DNA from: an uncultured Chloroflexia bacterium
GTDB taxonomy: Bacteria > Chloroflexota > Limnocylindria > Limnocylindrales > CSP1-4
Length of the DNA stretch: 64,000 nt
Reading direction: 5' to 3'
Assembly (NCBI GenBank): GCA_963783135.1
Contig: CAWAMH010000001.1
Coordinates: 152,839-216,838, forward strand
The notes under the pieces were generated by a model, which saw only the letters and a program-made list of their open reading frames with translations, was not told where the DNA came from and made no database searches. This document shows positions 1-12,688 of this stretch, in pieces. A program made the position numbers and the translations under genes. Every line of letters begins with the position of its first letter. Position 1 is the first letter of the stretch.

Positions 1-239
1 CCGCCGGCTACGCCGATGTCGTCTTCGCCAAGCGGTCGCTCGTGCCGATCTGCGTCGCGAACGGCTGGCCGTTCCAGCGCTGGACCGAGTTCGGCGAGAT
101 CCACGCCTGGTTGAACGAGATCCTCGACGCCTGGCGGCTCGATCCAGAGGCCGCCGTCATGCCAAGGCCCGAGCCGAAGCCGTTCTTCTGCGGTCCGGAG
201 ATCTGGGGTGACGGCCGGACGGACCCACCCGCCGGCTGA
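1..239 (+). CDS. C-terminal fragment of an unidentified protein; the gene starts upstream of the window
   Basis: Frame 3 is open from the window edge to TGA at 237-239 (…VANGWPFQRWTEFGEIHAWLNEILDAWRLDPEAAV…). No family recognised. Confidence 0.3.
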   Translation, partial: AGYADVVFAKRSLVPICVANGWPFQRWTEFGEIHAWLNEILDAWRLDPEAAVMPRPEPKPFFCGPEIWGDGRTDPPAG

Positions 240-352
240 CCGGGTCGACCTCGGCCGCCACACGCCGACCTCGGCAGGCTCGGCCGTAGCACCGCACACT
301 TCATCTCGACGGCCGGATGGGACACTCCGGGTCGAAGGCGCATCTACCTGAC

Positions 353-898
353 ATGACCGACCTCGTCCTGCAGGATCGTCCCGCGTACGAGCGGACCGTG
401 GAGCTCGCGGCCGCCGGGGACGCGGCCGCCTTCGGCCGGCTCGTCGCCGAGCACCACGCCACGATGGCCCGGGTCGCCTTCGTCATCGTCGGTGATGTCG
501 AGGTGGCCCAGGACGCCGTCCAGGCGGCGTGGGCGATCGCGTGGCGGCGGCTGTCGACGCTTCGCGACCCCGCGCAGGTCCGCCCGTGGCTCGTGGCCAT
601 CGCCGCGAACGAGGCGCGGCAGGTCCTCCGCCGCGGGCGGCGCGCCAGGATCGTGGATCTGTCGGCGGCCGGCGACCCGCCCGGCAGCGCGGACCCGGCC
701 GACGTCATCGGCCTCGTCGACCTCGAGCGGGCGCTCGTGCGCCTGAAGCCGGAGGACCGGACGCTGCTCGCGCTTCGCTTCGTCGCCGGCCTCGACTCCG
801 TGGAGATCGCGCGTCAGCTCGGCGGCTCGCCGTCCGGGATCCGATCTCGACTTGCCCGCCTCATCGCTCGCCTCCGGATGGACCTCGACCATGACTGA
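353..898 (+). CDS. ECF (sigma-70 family) RNA polymerase sigma factor; an alternative upstream ATG lies at 317
   Basis: Region 2-like sequence (TVELAAAGDAAAFGRLVAEHHATMARVAFVIVGD…AQDAVQAAW) and region 4 HTH (LKPEDRTLLALRFVAGLDSVEIARQLGGSPSGIRSRLARL). Its stop overlaps the next ATG (ATGACTGA). Confidence 0.8.
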   Translation: MTDLVLQDRPAYERTVELAAAGDAAAFGRLVAEHHATMARVAFVIVGDVEVAQDAVQAAWAIAWRRLSTLRDPAQVRPWLVAIAANEARQVLRRGRRARIVDLSAAGDPPGSADPADVIGLVDLERALVRLKPEDRTLLALRFVAGLDSVEIARQLGGSPSGIRSRLARLIARLRMDLDHD

Positions 899-2294
899 CC
901 CGATCACGTTCGAGACGCGCCTTGCCGAGGCCCTCGGTCGCTACGCCGACCGGATGCCCGTCGAGGTGGATGCGGCCGCGGTCGTCGGCTGGGCGGCCGT
1001 GGATCGCGGCCGGGCGCGGCGCCGATGGCCCGGCACCTGGCTCGGCCCGCGGCTCGTCCCGGTCGTCCTCGGACTGCTTGCCCTGGCCGCCCTGGCGGGC
1101 GCCATCGTGGCCGGGAGTCTCGTGCTCCGGTCGGAGCCGATCTCGATCGCGCCACCGAGCATCGCTCCGAGCGGGCTGACGCCCGTGGCGCCGAGCGGCC
1201 CGATCCGCGTCTCCGAGACCGGCGCGATGCTCACCCCGCGCACCCGCCACGCCGCGGTCCGTCTCCTCGACGGCCGGGTGCTGATCGTGGGCGGGACCGC
1301 GCTCGGCCCGCTTGGGCCCCGCGACCCGGTCACCGGGCAGTGGCCGACCGGGCTGCTGGCGAGCGCGGAACTCTGGGATCCGGCGACCGGCCGGTTCTCC
1401 GCTACGGGTCGGATGGCGACCGAGCGCGAGGACGCGACAGCCACACTGCTCGACGATGGTCGGGTCCTGGTCGCCGGTGGTGTGACCTGGCAGCACGGCG
1501 GTTCCGAGACCGGACTCGCGTCGGCGGAGCTGTACGACCCGGCGACGGGGACCTTCAGTCCGACCGGTCCGATGCGCTACGGGCGGGGCATCTGCCACTG
1601 TGGAGTGACCAAGCCCGGGCTCAGCCGACCCGTGGCCGCCAAGCTCGTTGACGGCCGGGTGTTCGTCGCGGGCGGTCAGGTGCTGGGGACGGATCCGAAC
1701 GCCAGCCCGCCGGGACCGTACGCGGATGTCTACGACCCGAGGTCGGGCACGTTCAGCCGATCGCCGACGATCCCATGTGACACCAGCCGGAGCACCGTCA
1801 CCGCGCTCCTCGACGGACGCGCGCTCATCGTCTGCATCTCCAGCGCCGTCATCTGGGACCCCGCCTCGAACCAGTTCGCCGCGACCGGCGCGCCGCGGAT
1901 GACCTACCCCGGTGACGCGACCCGGCTGCCCGACGGGCGGGTCCTCTTGACCGCACCGGTCCAGGCCGGCATGGCGCCCCCGGCCGAGATCTACGATCCG
2001 GCGACGGGCACCTTCGGGCTCCTCTCGGAGGTCTCGAGCCCAGGCCGGATCCGGTTCGCGCTCCCGGACGGTCGGTTGCTGCTCGCCGCCGACTCGTTCT
2101 TCGCGAGCGATGGCGCCGCCCAGGGGTTCGATCCGACGACGGGCGCGACCGCCCCGCTCGAGACACCCGTCGCGCTCCGCGATGGCTCCTCCACGACGCT
2201 CCTCCTCGACGGCCGGGTCCTCATCGCCGGTGGCGATCGAGACGATGCGATCTCCCTGGCGTCCCTCCTGGTGGAGCCGGCTCGTCGTCCCTGA
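891..2294 (+). CDS. Putative anti-sigma factor: one TM helix, then an extracytoplasmic Kelch-type beta-propeller
   Basis: Translationally coupled to the ECF sigma. Short cytoplasmic N-terminus, hydrophobic helix (LVPVVLGLLALAALAGAIVAGSLVL), then at least 6 repeats of the LLDGRVL(V/I)(A/V)GG … (E/A)LYDPATG(T/R)F type. Confidence 0.65.
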   Translation: MTDPITFETRLAEALGRYADRMPVEVDAAAVVGWAAVDRGRARRRWPGTWLGPRLVPVVLGLLALAALAGAIVAGSLVLRSEPISIAPPSIAPSGLTPVAPSGPIRVSETGAMLTPRTRHAAVRLLDGRVLIVGGTALGPLGPRDPVTGQWPTGLLASAELWDPATGRFSATGRMATEREDATATLLDDGRVLVAGGVTWQHGGSETGLASAELYDPATGTFSPTGPMRYGRGICHCGVTKPGLSRPVAAKLVDGRVFVAGGQVLGTDPNASPPGPYADVYDPRSGTFSRSPTIPCDTSRSTVTALLDGRALIVCISSAVIWDPASNQFAATGAPRMTYPGDATRLPDGRVLLTAPVQAGMAPPAEIYDPATGTFGLLSEVSSPGRIRFALPDGRLLLAADSFFASDGAAQGFDPTTGATAPLETPVALRDGSSTTLLLDGRVLIAGGDRDDAISLASLLVEPARRP

Positions 2295-2466
2295 GCTCGC
2301 TGCTCGCGAAGACGAAGGAGCCACCGGCCGGCCCGTATCTGGACGTGCTCCAGCTGCCCGATGGCCTGGTCTTCCTGGTCTGGCCGGCCGGGCCGACCCT
2401 CTTCCACTGACAGGAGCGCCAGCGGTTCGCCTTGCCCGGACGATCGTCTTCCGATAGCATCAGTAA

Positions 2467-4919
<2,453 letters not shown>

Positions 4920-5002
4920 GCGGGCTCGGTCGCGCGCCGATGGCGGTCGCCCGTCGGGACTAGAATCCGGCTCCGAAACCGAACCGTACACCGAGGCGCC
5001 CG

Positions 5003-5665
5003 ATGAAGCTCTTCCTCGACACCGCCGATATCGAAGAGATCCGGATCGCCAACCGGTGGGGCGTCCTCGACGGCGTCACGACGAACCCGACCCTGTACGC
5101 GAAGGTCGGCGGATCGTACGAGGAGATCCTGGCCGAGGTCTGCCGGATCACCTCCGGCCCGGTCTCGGCCGAGGTCGTCAGCGACGACGTCGACGGGATG
5201 CTGGAAGAGGGCCGGCGCTACGCCAAGATCGCCCCGAACATCTACGTGAAGGTCGCGATGAGCGAGAACGGCCTCGAGGCGATGAGCCGGCTGGCCGACG
5301 AGGGGATCCGGACCAACTGCACGCTGATCTTCACGCCGAACCAGGGCCTGCTGGCCGCCAAGGCCGGGGCGAGCCTCATCTCACCGTTCGTCGGCCGGCT
5401 CGACGACATCAACCAGGACGGGATGATCGTCATCCGCGAGCTGGCCGAGATCTTCGCCATCCACGACATCGACGCCCAGATCCTGTCGGCGTCGATCCGG
5501 AACCCGCTCCACGTGACCCAGTCCGCGCTGGCCGGGGCGCACATCGCGACGGTCCCGTTCAAGGTCCTCCAGCAGATGGTCCATCACCCGCTCACCGACA
5601 AGGGGATCGTCCAGTTCAAGGCCGACTGGGAGAGGGCCCGGACCGCGGCCTCGACCAAGAGCTGA
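5003..5665 (+). CDS. tal: Short-form transaldolase / fructose-6-phosphate aldolase family
   Basis: MKLFLDTADIEEIRIANRWGVLDGVTTNPTL…, about 220 aa class-I aldolase of the Tal/FsaA family. GAGG RBS. Confidence 0.85.
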   Translation: MKLFLDTADIEEIRIANRWGVLDGVTTNPTLYAKVGGSYEEILAEVCRITSGPVSAEVVSDDVDGMLEEGRRYAKIAPNIYVKVAMSENGLEAMSRLADEGIRTNCTLIFTPNQGLLAAKAGASLISPFVGRLDDINQDGMIVIRELAEIFAIHDIDAQILSASIRNPLHVTQSALAGAHIATVPFKVLQQMVHHPLTDKGIVQFKADWERARTAASTKS

Positions 5666-5731
5666 CCGGCGGGCGACGTCCGCCGAACCCGCCGCGTGGA
5701 GCAGGGGCGGCGCATCTCGGGCTGCCCCGCG

Positions 5732-6874
5732 TCAGGGCCTGATGTCGGCCCCGCTGCGCCACGCGCCGGCCCGCATCGCCCGCGCCACGCGCAGGTCGTC
5801 ATCGAGCTCCACCAGGTCCGCTCGCTGACCCACGGCGATCCGGCCACGGTCGCTGAGACCGAGCAGCGACGCCGGGTTCCGACTCGCCGCGGCGACCGCC
5901 GCCGGCAGCGAGACGCCTGACCCGGCGAGGCCCCGGACGGCGTCGTCGAGAGCGATGACGGACCCGGCCAGGACGTCGCTGTCGGCGAGGGTGCAGCGGC
6001 CGTCTCGCACCTCGATCTCGAGCCCACCGAGGAACGCCCGGCCGTTCCCGGTCCCGGCCACGGACAGGGCGTCGCTGACCAGCACGAGTCGGTTCGTCGG
6101 CTTCATCCGGACGACGAGCGGCCAGAGGGCCGGGTCGACATGGAGGGTGTCGGCGATCAGCTCGACATAGACGTCGTCGTCGGCTAGGGCGGCCACGGCC
6201 AGCCCCGGCGAGTGGTGGTCGATGCCACTCATCGCGTTGAACAGGTGGGTCGTCGACGACGCGCCTGCCGCGAAACCGGCTCGCGCCTCGGCCAGCGACG
6301 CCGCGGAGTGACCGGCGGAGACCACGACGGACCGTCCCCGGAGCCACTTGATGAGCTCGACTGCCCCCGGCAGCTCAGGGGCGACGGTCATCATCCGGAG
6401 CCCATCGAGGAGCGGTTCGAACTCAGTTCGTGGTAGATCAGCCGGCGCGCGGAGGAAGGCCGGGTCGTGGGCCCCAGCACGCCGACTCGAGATGAACGGG
6501 CCCTCGAGGTTGAAGCCCACCGGCTCGGCGCCATCGGCCGGTGTCGCCGCCGACCAGCCGCGGACGTCCTCGGCGAACCGCCGGAGCGTGGCGAGCGGTG
6601 CCGTGATGGCGGTGGGCAGGAACGTCGTCACGCCGCGGCGCAGCAGCGCCCTGGCCATCCCGTCCAGCGCGGCCGGACCGCCGAGCGCATCGTGGCCGCC
6701 CCAGCCGTGGACGTGTACGTCGATGAACCCCGGCGCCACGATCGGACCACCGGTCTGGGCGGGATCTTCGTCGACCGCGACCATGAACCCGTCCTCGATC
6801 CGCACGCTGCCCGCGACGATCCGGTCGTCGAGGACAAGCCGCCCCGCGACGGTCGTCCGCTCCGGGCCGGTCAC
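5732..6874 (-). CDS. nagA: N-acetylglucosamine-6-phosphate deacetylase
   Basis: NagA amidohydrolase motifs (APGFIDVHVHGWGGHD…HLFNAM…). GTG start in a GTGA overlap with the upstream gene. Confidence 0.85.
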   Translation of the reverse strand: MTGPERTTVAGRLVLDDRIVAGSVRIEDGFMVAVDEDPAQTGGPIVAPGFIDVHVHGWGGHDALGGPAALDGMARALLRRGVTTFLPTAITAPLATLRRFAEDVRGWSAATPADGAEPVGFNLEGPFISSRRAGAHDPAFLRAPADLPRTEFEPLLDGLRMMTVAPELPGAVELIKWLRGRSVVVSAGHSAASLAEARAGFAAGASSTTHLFNAMSGIDHHSPGLAVAALADDDVYVELIADTLHVDPALWPLVVRMKPTNRLVLVSDALSVAGTGNGRAFLGGLEIEVRDGRCTLADSDVLAGSVIALDDAVRGLAGSGVSLPAAVAAASRNPASLLGLSDRGRIAVGQRADLVELDDDLRVARAMRAGAWRSGADIRP

Positions 6875-8019
6875 GTCACGTCGATCCAGCGACCCTCGCG
6901 CCCGCTCCGCCCGATCGCTTCGCCGACCAGCATGGCCGTATGCCCGTCGGCGATCGTCGCGTAGGTGGGTCGGGCCGCCGGTCGACCCGCGATGACGTCG
7001 CCATAGACCACGCGGAACATCGAGCTGAAGGTGTCGGCGTAACCCTCGACGTGGCCGCCCGGCAGCACCGCGGCGGCTCGACCAGCGGCGCTCATCAGGG
7101 CCGGGTTGCGGATGAGGATCTCGTTGCTGCGTTCGCGGTGACCGAGCCAGAGCTGGTCCGGTTGCTCGGAATCCCAGCTCGCGGCGGCCTTCGAGCCGTC
7201 GATCTCGAACCGGAGCGAGTTCTTCCGGCCGGGGCTGATCTGGGACAGGTTGACCGAGCCGCGAGCGCCGTTTGCGTACCGGACGAGGACCGACGCGACG
7301 TCCTCCGTCCGGATCTCCCGGTCGATGGTGTCGGTGCTTCGCTCCGTCGCAAAGGTCTCCACCGGACCTCGCGGCTGGTGGCGGATCGGAATGAACGTCG
7401 CCAGCTCGGCCATGACGGCCACGATCCGCTGCCCGGTGATGAACGACATCAGGTCAAGCCAATGCGACCCGATGTCGCCGACCGCCCGGAGCGCGCCGCC
7501 GATCTCAGGCTCCAGTCGCCAGTTCCAGTCGGTGTCGAAGAACAGCCAGTCCTGGAAGTAGTGACCGGTGACGAACCGGATGTCCCCGAGCTGGCCAGCC
7601 GACACCTCGTCCTGGAGGTGCTGGTTCAACGGGTAGAACCGGAGGTTGAAGTTGACCGCGGCGACCCGGTCGGACGTGGAGGCGACGTCCAGGAGGCGTG
7701 CCGACTCCGCCGCCGTCATCGCCAGCGGCTTCTCGCAGATCAGGTGCTTGCCCGCGGCGAGGATGGCGATGGATTGGTCCACGTGGACGTCGTTCGGCGA
7801 GGTGACATGGACGACGTCGACCTCGTCGTCCGCCAGCAGTGCCTCCAGGGTGGGATACGACCGGGTCCCGATCGATCTCGCCCGCTCGGCGCCGCGCTCT
7901 GGGCTGCTGCCGAGGACACCCTTGACGGACACCCCGATCCGGCGCAACGCCTCGAGGTGGACGACCCCGACGAAGCCGGTGCCGATGACCGCCGCACCGA
8001 CCTCAGAGAGCTGTCGCAT
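6871..8019 (-). CDS. Gfo/Idh/MocA family NAD(P)-dependent oxidoreductase
   Basis: N-terminal Rossmann fold (AAVIGTGFVGVVH…EKP). The ORF track extends to 8487, but the start was chosen at ATG 8019 (MRQLSEV…), preceded by GAGGTG. Confidence 0.8.
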   Translation of the reverse strand: MRQLSEVGAAVIGTGFVGVVHLEALRRIGVSVKGVLGSSPERGAERARSIGTRSYPTLEALLADDEVDVVHVTSPNDVHVDQSIAILAAGKHLICEKPLAMTAAESARLLDVASTSDRVAAVNFNLRFYPLNQHLQDEVSAGQLGDIRFVTGHYFQDWLFFDTDWNWRLEPEIGGALRAVGDIGSHWLDLMSFITGQRIVAVMAELATFIPIRHQPRGPVETFATERSTDTIDREIRTEDVASVLVRYANGARGSVNLSQISPGRKNSLRFEIDGSKAAASWDSEQPDQLWLGHRERSNEILIRNPALMSAAGRAAAVLPGGHVEGYADTFSSMFRVVYGDVIAGRPAARPTYATIADGHTAMLVGEAIGRSGREGRWIDVT

Positions 8020-8220
8020 GCGTGTCACCTCGTAACGACCGGCGATCCGCCTCCTCGGCATGTTCCTGCGGTGAGCGTCGCCCGTCATGCTGATGCTAAC
8101 GAGCGTGACCGACGAGAGTCGGTCGTTCGCGGGCGAAGATGAGTCCGTCCACCTGGGATCGGCGCGTCCCGGCCGTCGCGCCCGAAGGCGCGCATGGAGC
8201 CTGTCCCGGCGGGCACCCCA

Positions 8221-8250
8221 TTGACGGGGACCGAGTGGCCGTTCTATGCT
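8221..8250 (+). promoter_or_regulatory. Candidate sigma-A promoter upstream of rho (TTGACG, 18-nt spacer, TATGCT)
   Basis: Hexamers read directly from the sequence, about 90 nt upstream of the first candidate rho start. Confidence 0.3.
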
Positions 8251-8338
8251 CACCCCGTTCCCACCGAGGCCTGCGCTGCGGAGCGATTCCGCGCGAGCCC
8301 ACGGCCCCGCCCTATCCCCGTTCGTGAGTCCTGCCCAG

Positions 8339-9734
8339 ATGCCTTCCACCGGTCCCGACCAGCGCGACCAGCGTGCCCGCAATCGCCGCCCGCGCCGCCG
8401 ACCCCAGAGCGCGATGCGCCCACCGGTCAGCGAATTCGACGAGATGCAGGAGATCGAAGCCGCCCGCGAGCGCAACGATCTCAACATCTCCGATCTCGGC
8501 GCGATGTCCGAGAAGGAGCTCCGGGCCGTCGGCCAGGATCTCGAGCTCGAGGCGGAGGTCGACGTCCGCCGCGAGGAGCTCGTCGATCGGATCCTCCAGG
8601 CCCAGACCGAGCGCGCGGGCCATGCCTACGCCACCGGCATCCTCGACGTCGTCGACGAAGGCTTCGGATTCATGCGCCGCCACGGGCTGCTCCCGAGCCC
8701 GGACGACGTGTACGTCTCATCGAGCCAGGTCCGCCGGTTCGGGCTCCGGATCGGCGACCGGGTCTCCGGGCGCCGTACGCGCTCCGCGCGAGGCCGAGAA
8801 GTACTGGGGTCTCCTCCGGGTCGACTCGGTCAACGGCGTGGACCCGGGCACGGCGGCCCGCCGTCCGCACTTCGGCGACCAGACCCCGATCCACCCGGAC
8901 GTCCTGCTCAACCTCGAGTCGGATCCGAAGAACCTGAGCCAGCGCCTCATCAACCTGGTGAACCCGATCGGCAAGGGCCAACGCGCGCTGATCGTCAGCC
9001 CGCCGAAGGCCGGCAAGACGATGCTCCTCAAGCACATCGCCAACGGGATCACGACGAACTATCCCGAGATCCTGCTGATGGTCGCGCTCATCGGCGAGCG
9101 TCCCGAGGAAGTCACCGACATGCGTCGGAGCGTCAAGGGCGAGGTCATCTCGTCGACCTTCGACGAGCCGACCGAGAACCACACCCACGTCGCCGAGATG
9201 GCCCTCGAGATCGCCAAGCGCCAGGTCGAGACCGGTCGCGACGTCGTCATCCTGCTCGACTCGATCACGCGACTCGCCCGGGCCTACAACCTGGCCCTGC
9301 CGCCGAGCGGCCGGACCCTGACCGGCGGTCTCGACCCGATCGCGCTCTATCCGCCGAAGCGGTTCTTCGGAGCCGCCCGGAACATCGAAGAGGGCGGCAG
9401 CCTGACGATCATCGGGACCTGCCTCGTCGACACCGGGTCGCGGATGGACGACGTCATCTACGAGGAGTTCAAGGGCACCGGCAACTCCGAGCTCATCCTC
9501 GACCGGAAGCTCGCCGAGAAGCGGATCTTCCCGGCGATCGACGTCCAGCGCTCGGGCACCCGGCGCGAGGAGCTGCTGCTCGAAGAGGGCACCCTCAAGA
9601 TGGTCTGGACGATGCGTCGGATGCTCTCCGCGGTCGGCACGAACGAGGGCATCGAGCTGCTCCTGAACCGGTTGTCGAAGACGGACAACAACGCCCAGTT
9701 CCTGGCTGGGCTGACGAAGAGCCTCGACCAGTAG
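8339..9734 (+). CDS. rho: Transcription termination factor Rho, interrupted by an apparent 1-nt insertion near 8790
   Basis: N-terminal and RNA-binding part in frame 2 (…[44 protein letters not shown]). ATPase part in frame 0 ([14 protein letters not shown]…[16 protein letters not shown]…). Arg-rich N-terminal insertion. Start ambiguous (8339, 8414 or 8444). Confidence 0.8.
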
Positions 9735-9954
9735 CGGCGGTCCGCGGCGGCCGTCGCGGAACCCCGTCGGGGGACCCGTCGCGTTTGCCAGTCGGGACCC
9801 CGCTCTGCTACGGTGTGACGGACATCGGGACCTCCGACGATGAGCGGAGCACCCGCGCGTAAGAGACCCCCAGCTCGATACCGCGACCCGACCGGACGGC
9901 GACCCCCAGCCGCCTCCTTCCCCGCGAAGACCGTCCGCTCTCCAGGAGACCGTA

Positions 9955-11313
9955 TTGCAGAACGCGACGGTCCGAGCCCGGGACGCCCTCCGGCGCCACC
10001 GGCCTGACCGCTCCCAGACGCCGCATCCCACGACTGGCGCCCTGCGCGCCAGGAGCGCGACGCTGGTCCGTCCGATCGTCACGTTCATCGCGGCCCTGAC
10101 GACGCCACCGGCACGTCCGGTCCTCGCCCACGGTGCCCATCGCATCACCCGGCGCGAACGGCTGGCCACCCGCTTCGGCTGGGCGGCGGCGCTCGGCGGG
10201 TCGCTCCGCGGGAACCTGGCCGGGCGCGAACGGCTCCTGCCGATCGGGGTCGCCCTGCTCGTCCTCCTCGGCTCCCTCAGCACCATCGTCGTGCCGGCGC
10301 CCATCGGCGCGGTCGGCGGGACCAGCGGTGGCGGCGACTCCCCGCGGCTGGCGGTGGCGGGCCTCGAGAACGGGGGCGACATCTACGACGAAGGGACCGG
10401 GGTCGACGGCGCCATCGATGCGGCCGGTGCCGCCCGGCTCGACTTCTCGAGCGACGAGACCGAGGCCCAGCCCGAAGGCCCGTACCTGGCCGACGGCACG
10501 CTGCTCAAGCCCATCGCCGTCGACACCTCGATCGCCGACGCATCCGACACGCTCCGCTCGTATCGCGTCCGTGCCGGTGACACGCTGACCGGGATCGCCC
10601 GTCACTTCGGCGTCTCGATGATGACCCTGTGGTGGGCCAACCATCTCAAGTCGAAGGACGATCTGAAGGTCGGCCAGAAGCTCGTCATCCCGCCGGTCGA
10701 CGGCACCGTCCATGTCGTCAAGGCCGGCGAGACGCTCGCCAAGATCGCCGACATCGCCAACGTGTCCGCCGAGGACATCGTGTCGTTCAACGGGCTGACG
10801 AGCGACAAGCTCAGCGTCGGGCAGACCCTGATCCTGCCGGGTGCCCACGGCAAGCCGATCCCGACCCCGAAGCCGCGCGCGCGCCCGGTCTACTCGTCCG
10901 GCGGCGGCGGTGGCAGCGGGCCCGCCCACTACGGTGGTGGCCAGTTCGCCTGGCCCGTGCCGGGCGGGACGATCAGCCAGTACTTCCACTACGGACATCC
11001 CGCGCTCGACATCCAGGCCCCGTACGGATCGCGGATCGTCTCCGCTGCGGCGGGCACCGTGATCTTCGCCGGCTGGAAGAGCAACGGCGGCGGCTACCAG
11101 GTCTGGGTGGCCCACGGCTCCGGGCTGTACACCACCTACAACCACATGTCGGCGATCACGGTCGGCGTCGGCGAGAACGTCGGGCGCGGCGAGCAGGTCG
11201 GTCGGGTCGGTCAGTCCGGTTGGGCCACCGGTCCGCACTGCCACTTCGAGGTCTGGCGCGGCCACCCCTGGGACAATTCGTCCTACCGGGTGAACCCGCT
11301 CATCTACCTCTGA
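9955..11313 (+). CDS. LysM domain-containing M23 family metallopeptidase (cell-wall hydrolase)
   Basis: TTG start with a GGAGA RBS. N-terminal TM segment, two LysM repeats (YRVRAGDTLTGIARHFGVS…, HVVKAGETLAKIADIANVS…) and a C-terminal M23 domain (HYGHPALDI…HCHFEV). Confidence 0.85.
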   Translation: MQNATVRARDALRRHRPDRSQTPHPTTGALRARSATLVRPIVTFIAALTTPPARPVLAHGAHRITRRERLATRFGWAAALGGSLRGNLAGRERLLPIGVALLVLLGSLSTIVVPAPIGAVGGTSGGGDSPRLAVAGLENGGDIYDEGTGVDGAIDAAGAARLDFSSDETEAQPEGPYLADGTLLKPIAVDTSIADASDTLRSYRVRAGDTLTGIARHFGVSMMTLWWANHLKSKDDLKVGQKLVIPPVDGTVHVVKAGETLAKIADIANVSAEDIVSFNGLTSDKLSVGQTLILPGAHGKPIPTPKPRARPVYSSGGGGGSGPAHYGGGQFAWPVPGGTISQYFHYGHPALDIQAPYGSRIVSAAAGTVIFAGWKSNGGGYQVWVAHGSGLYTTYNHMSAITVGVGENVGRGEQVGRVGQSGWATGPHCHFEVWRGHPWDNSSYRVNPLIYL

Positions 11314-11392
11314 TCGCGGCGCGCCGCTCCGCCGGTCCAGCCGGCCCGGAGCCCGCCCGGTCACGCGTCACCGCTGTGCGACGATCCAGCTG

Positions 11393-12688
11393 ATGTTCCT
11401 CGACCAGGTGAAGATCCATCTCCGGGCCGGCGACGGCGGGGACGGTGCCGCCACGTTCCGGCGCGAGGCGCACGTCCCGCGCGGCGGTCCCGACGGTGGC
11501 GACGGCGGGCGAGGCGGTTCGATCCAGTTCAAGGTCGACCCGGGGCAGACCACCCTGCGCGACTACCGCCAGCACCGCCACTTCAAGGCCGAGTCCGGCG
11601 GGCGTGGCACCGGCTCGAAGCGGCACGGCAAGGCCGGTTCGGACCTCGTGATGGTCGTCCCCCCGGGGACCGCGGTCTACGACGATGCGACGGGCGAGCT
11701 CGTCGCCGATCTCGTCTCGAGCGAGCAGCTGGCGATGGTCGCCCGGGGCGGTCGGGGCGGTCTCGGCAACGTCCACTTCGCGACCGCGACCCACCGGACC
11801 CCGAAGCACGCCCAGAAGGGTGAGCCCGGCGAGGAGCGCTGGGTACGGCTCGAGCTGCGGCTCATCGCCGACGTCGGGCTCGTCGGGCTGCCGAACGCCG
11901 GCAAGTCGACGCTCCTCGCGGCGATGACGGCCGCCCGTCCGAAGATCGCCGACTACCCGTTCACGACGCTCGAACCCAACCTCGGGGTCCTCGACCTGGG
12001 CGATGAGGACGAGCGCCGCCCGACGATCGCCGACGTGCCGGGGCTCATCGAGGGGGCCAGCCTGGGCGCTGGTCTCGGCCACGCCTTCCTGCGCCACGTC
12101 GAGCGGACCCGGATCCTCGTCCACGTCGTCGATGGCTCGGATCGCGATCCGGAGTGGGCCCATGGGGTGATCCGCGACGAGCTCGAGGCCCATGACCCGG
12201 AGCTCCTCGCCAAGCCGATGATCGTCGCGTTCAACAAGATCGACCGACCGCCCGCCGAGGCGGCCTGGCCCACGTTCCGGGCAGCCCGCCAGCGCGATGG
12301 TCTGACCTGCGTCGCGATCTCGGCCGCGACCGGGACCGGGATCCCGGAGCTCCGGGCGCTGCTCGCGGAGCTGCTCCCGGATGCTGCCGAGCTCGGCCGG
12401 CCGGTCGAACCCGCCGGGGTCGTCATCCATCGGATCGAGTCGCTCGCCGATGGCTTCGTCGTCGAGGTCGATCCCGACGGTGCGTTCCGGATCCGCGGCC
12501 GGCGGATCGAACGGATCGCCGCCCAGACGGACTTCGACGTCGACGAGTCGGCCGACCGGTTCCAGCGCGATCTCGCTCGGCTCGGCATCGACGCCGAACT
12601 CCGGCGCGCAGGCATCGAACCCGGTGACACGGTCCGGATCGGCGCCGTCGAGCTCGAGTGGGACCGCGAGGCCTGGGAGGTCCGATGA
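11393..12688 (+). CDS. obg: GTPase Obg
   Basis: Obg fold, G domain (GLVGLPNAGKSTLL, DVPGLIEGA), C-terminal OCT domain. Confidence 0.95.
   Translation: MFLDQVKIHLRAGDGGDGAATFRREAHVPRGGPDGGDGGRGGSIQFKVDPGQTTLRDYRQHRHFKAESGGRGTGSKRHGKAGSDLVMVVPPGTAVYDDATGELVADLVSSEQLAMVARGGRGGLGNVHFATATHRTPKHAQKGEPGEERWVRLELRLIADVGLVGLPNAGKSTLLAAMTAARPKIADYPFTTLEPNLGVLDLGDEDERRPTIADVPGLIEGASLGAGLGHAFLRHVERTRILVHVVDGSDRDPEWAHGVIRDELEAHDPELLAKPMIVAFNKIDRPPAEAAWPTFRAARQRDGLTCVAISAATGTGIPELRALLAELLPDAAELGRPVEPAGVVIHRIESLADGFVVEVDPDGAFRIRGRRIERIAAQTDFDVDESADRFQRDLARLGIDAELRRAGIEPGDTVRIGAVELEWDREAWEVR

Noticed and set aside
9808-11364. 518-aa minus-strand ORF
   Set aside because: Antisense to the well-supported LysM-M23 peptidase gene. 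Low-complexity wrong-frame translation.
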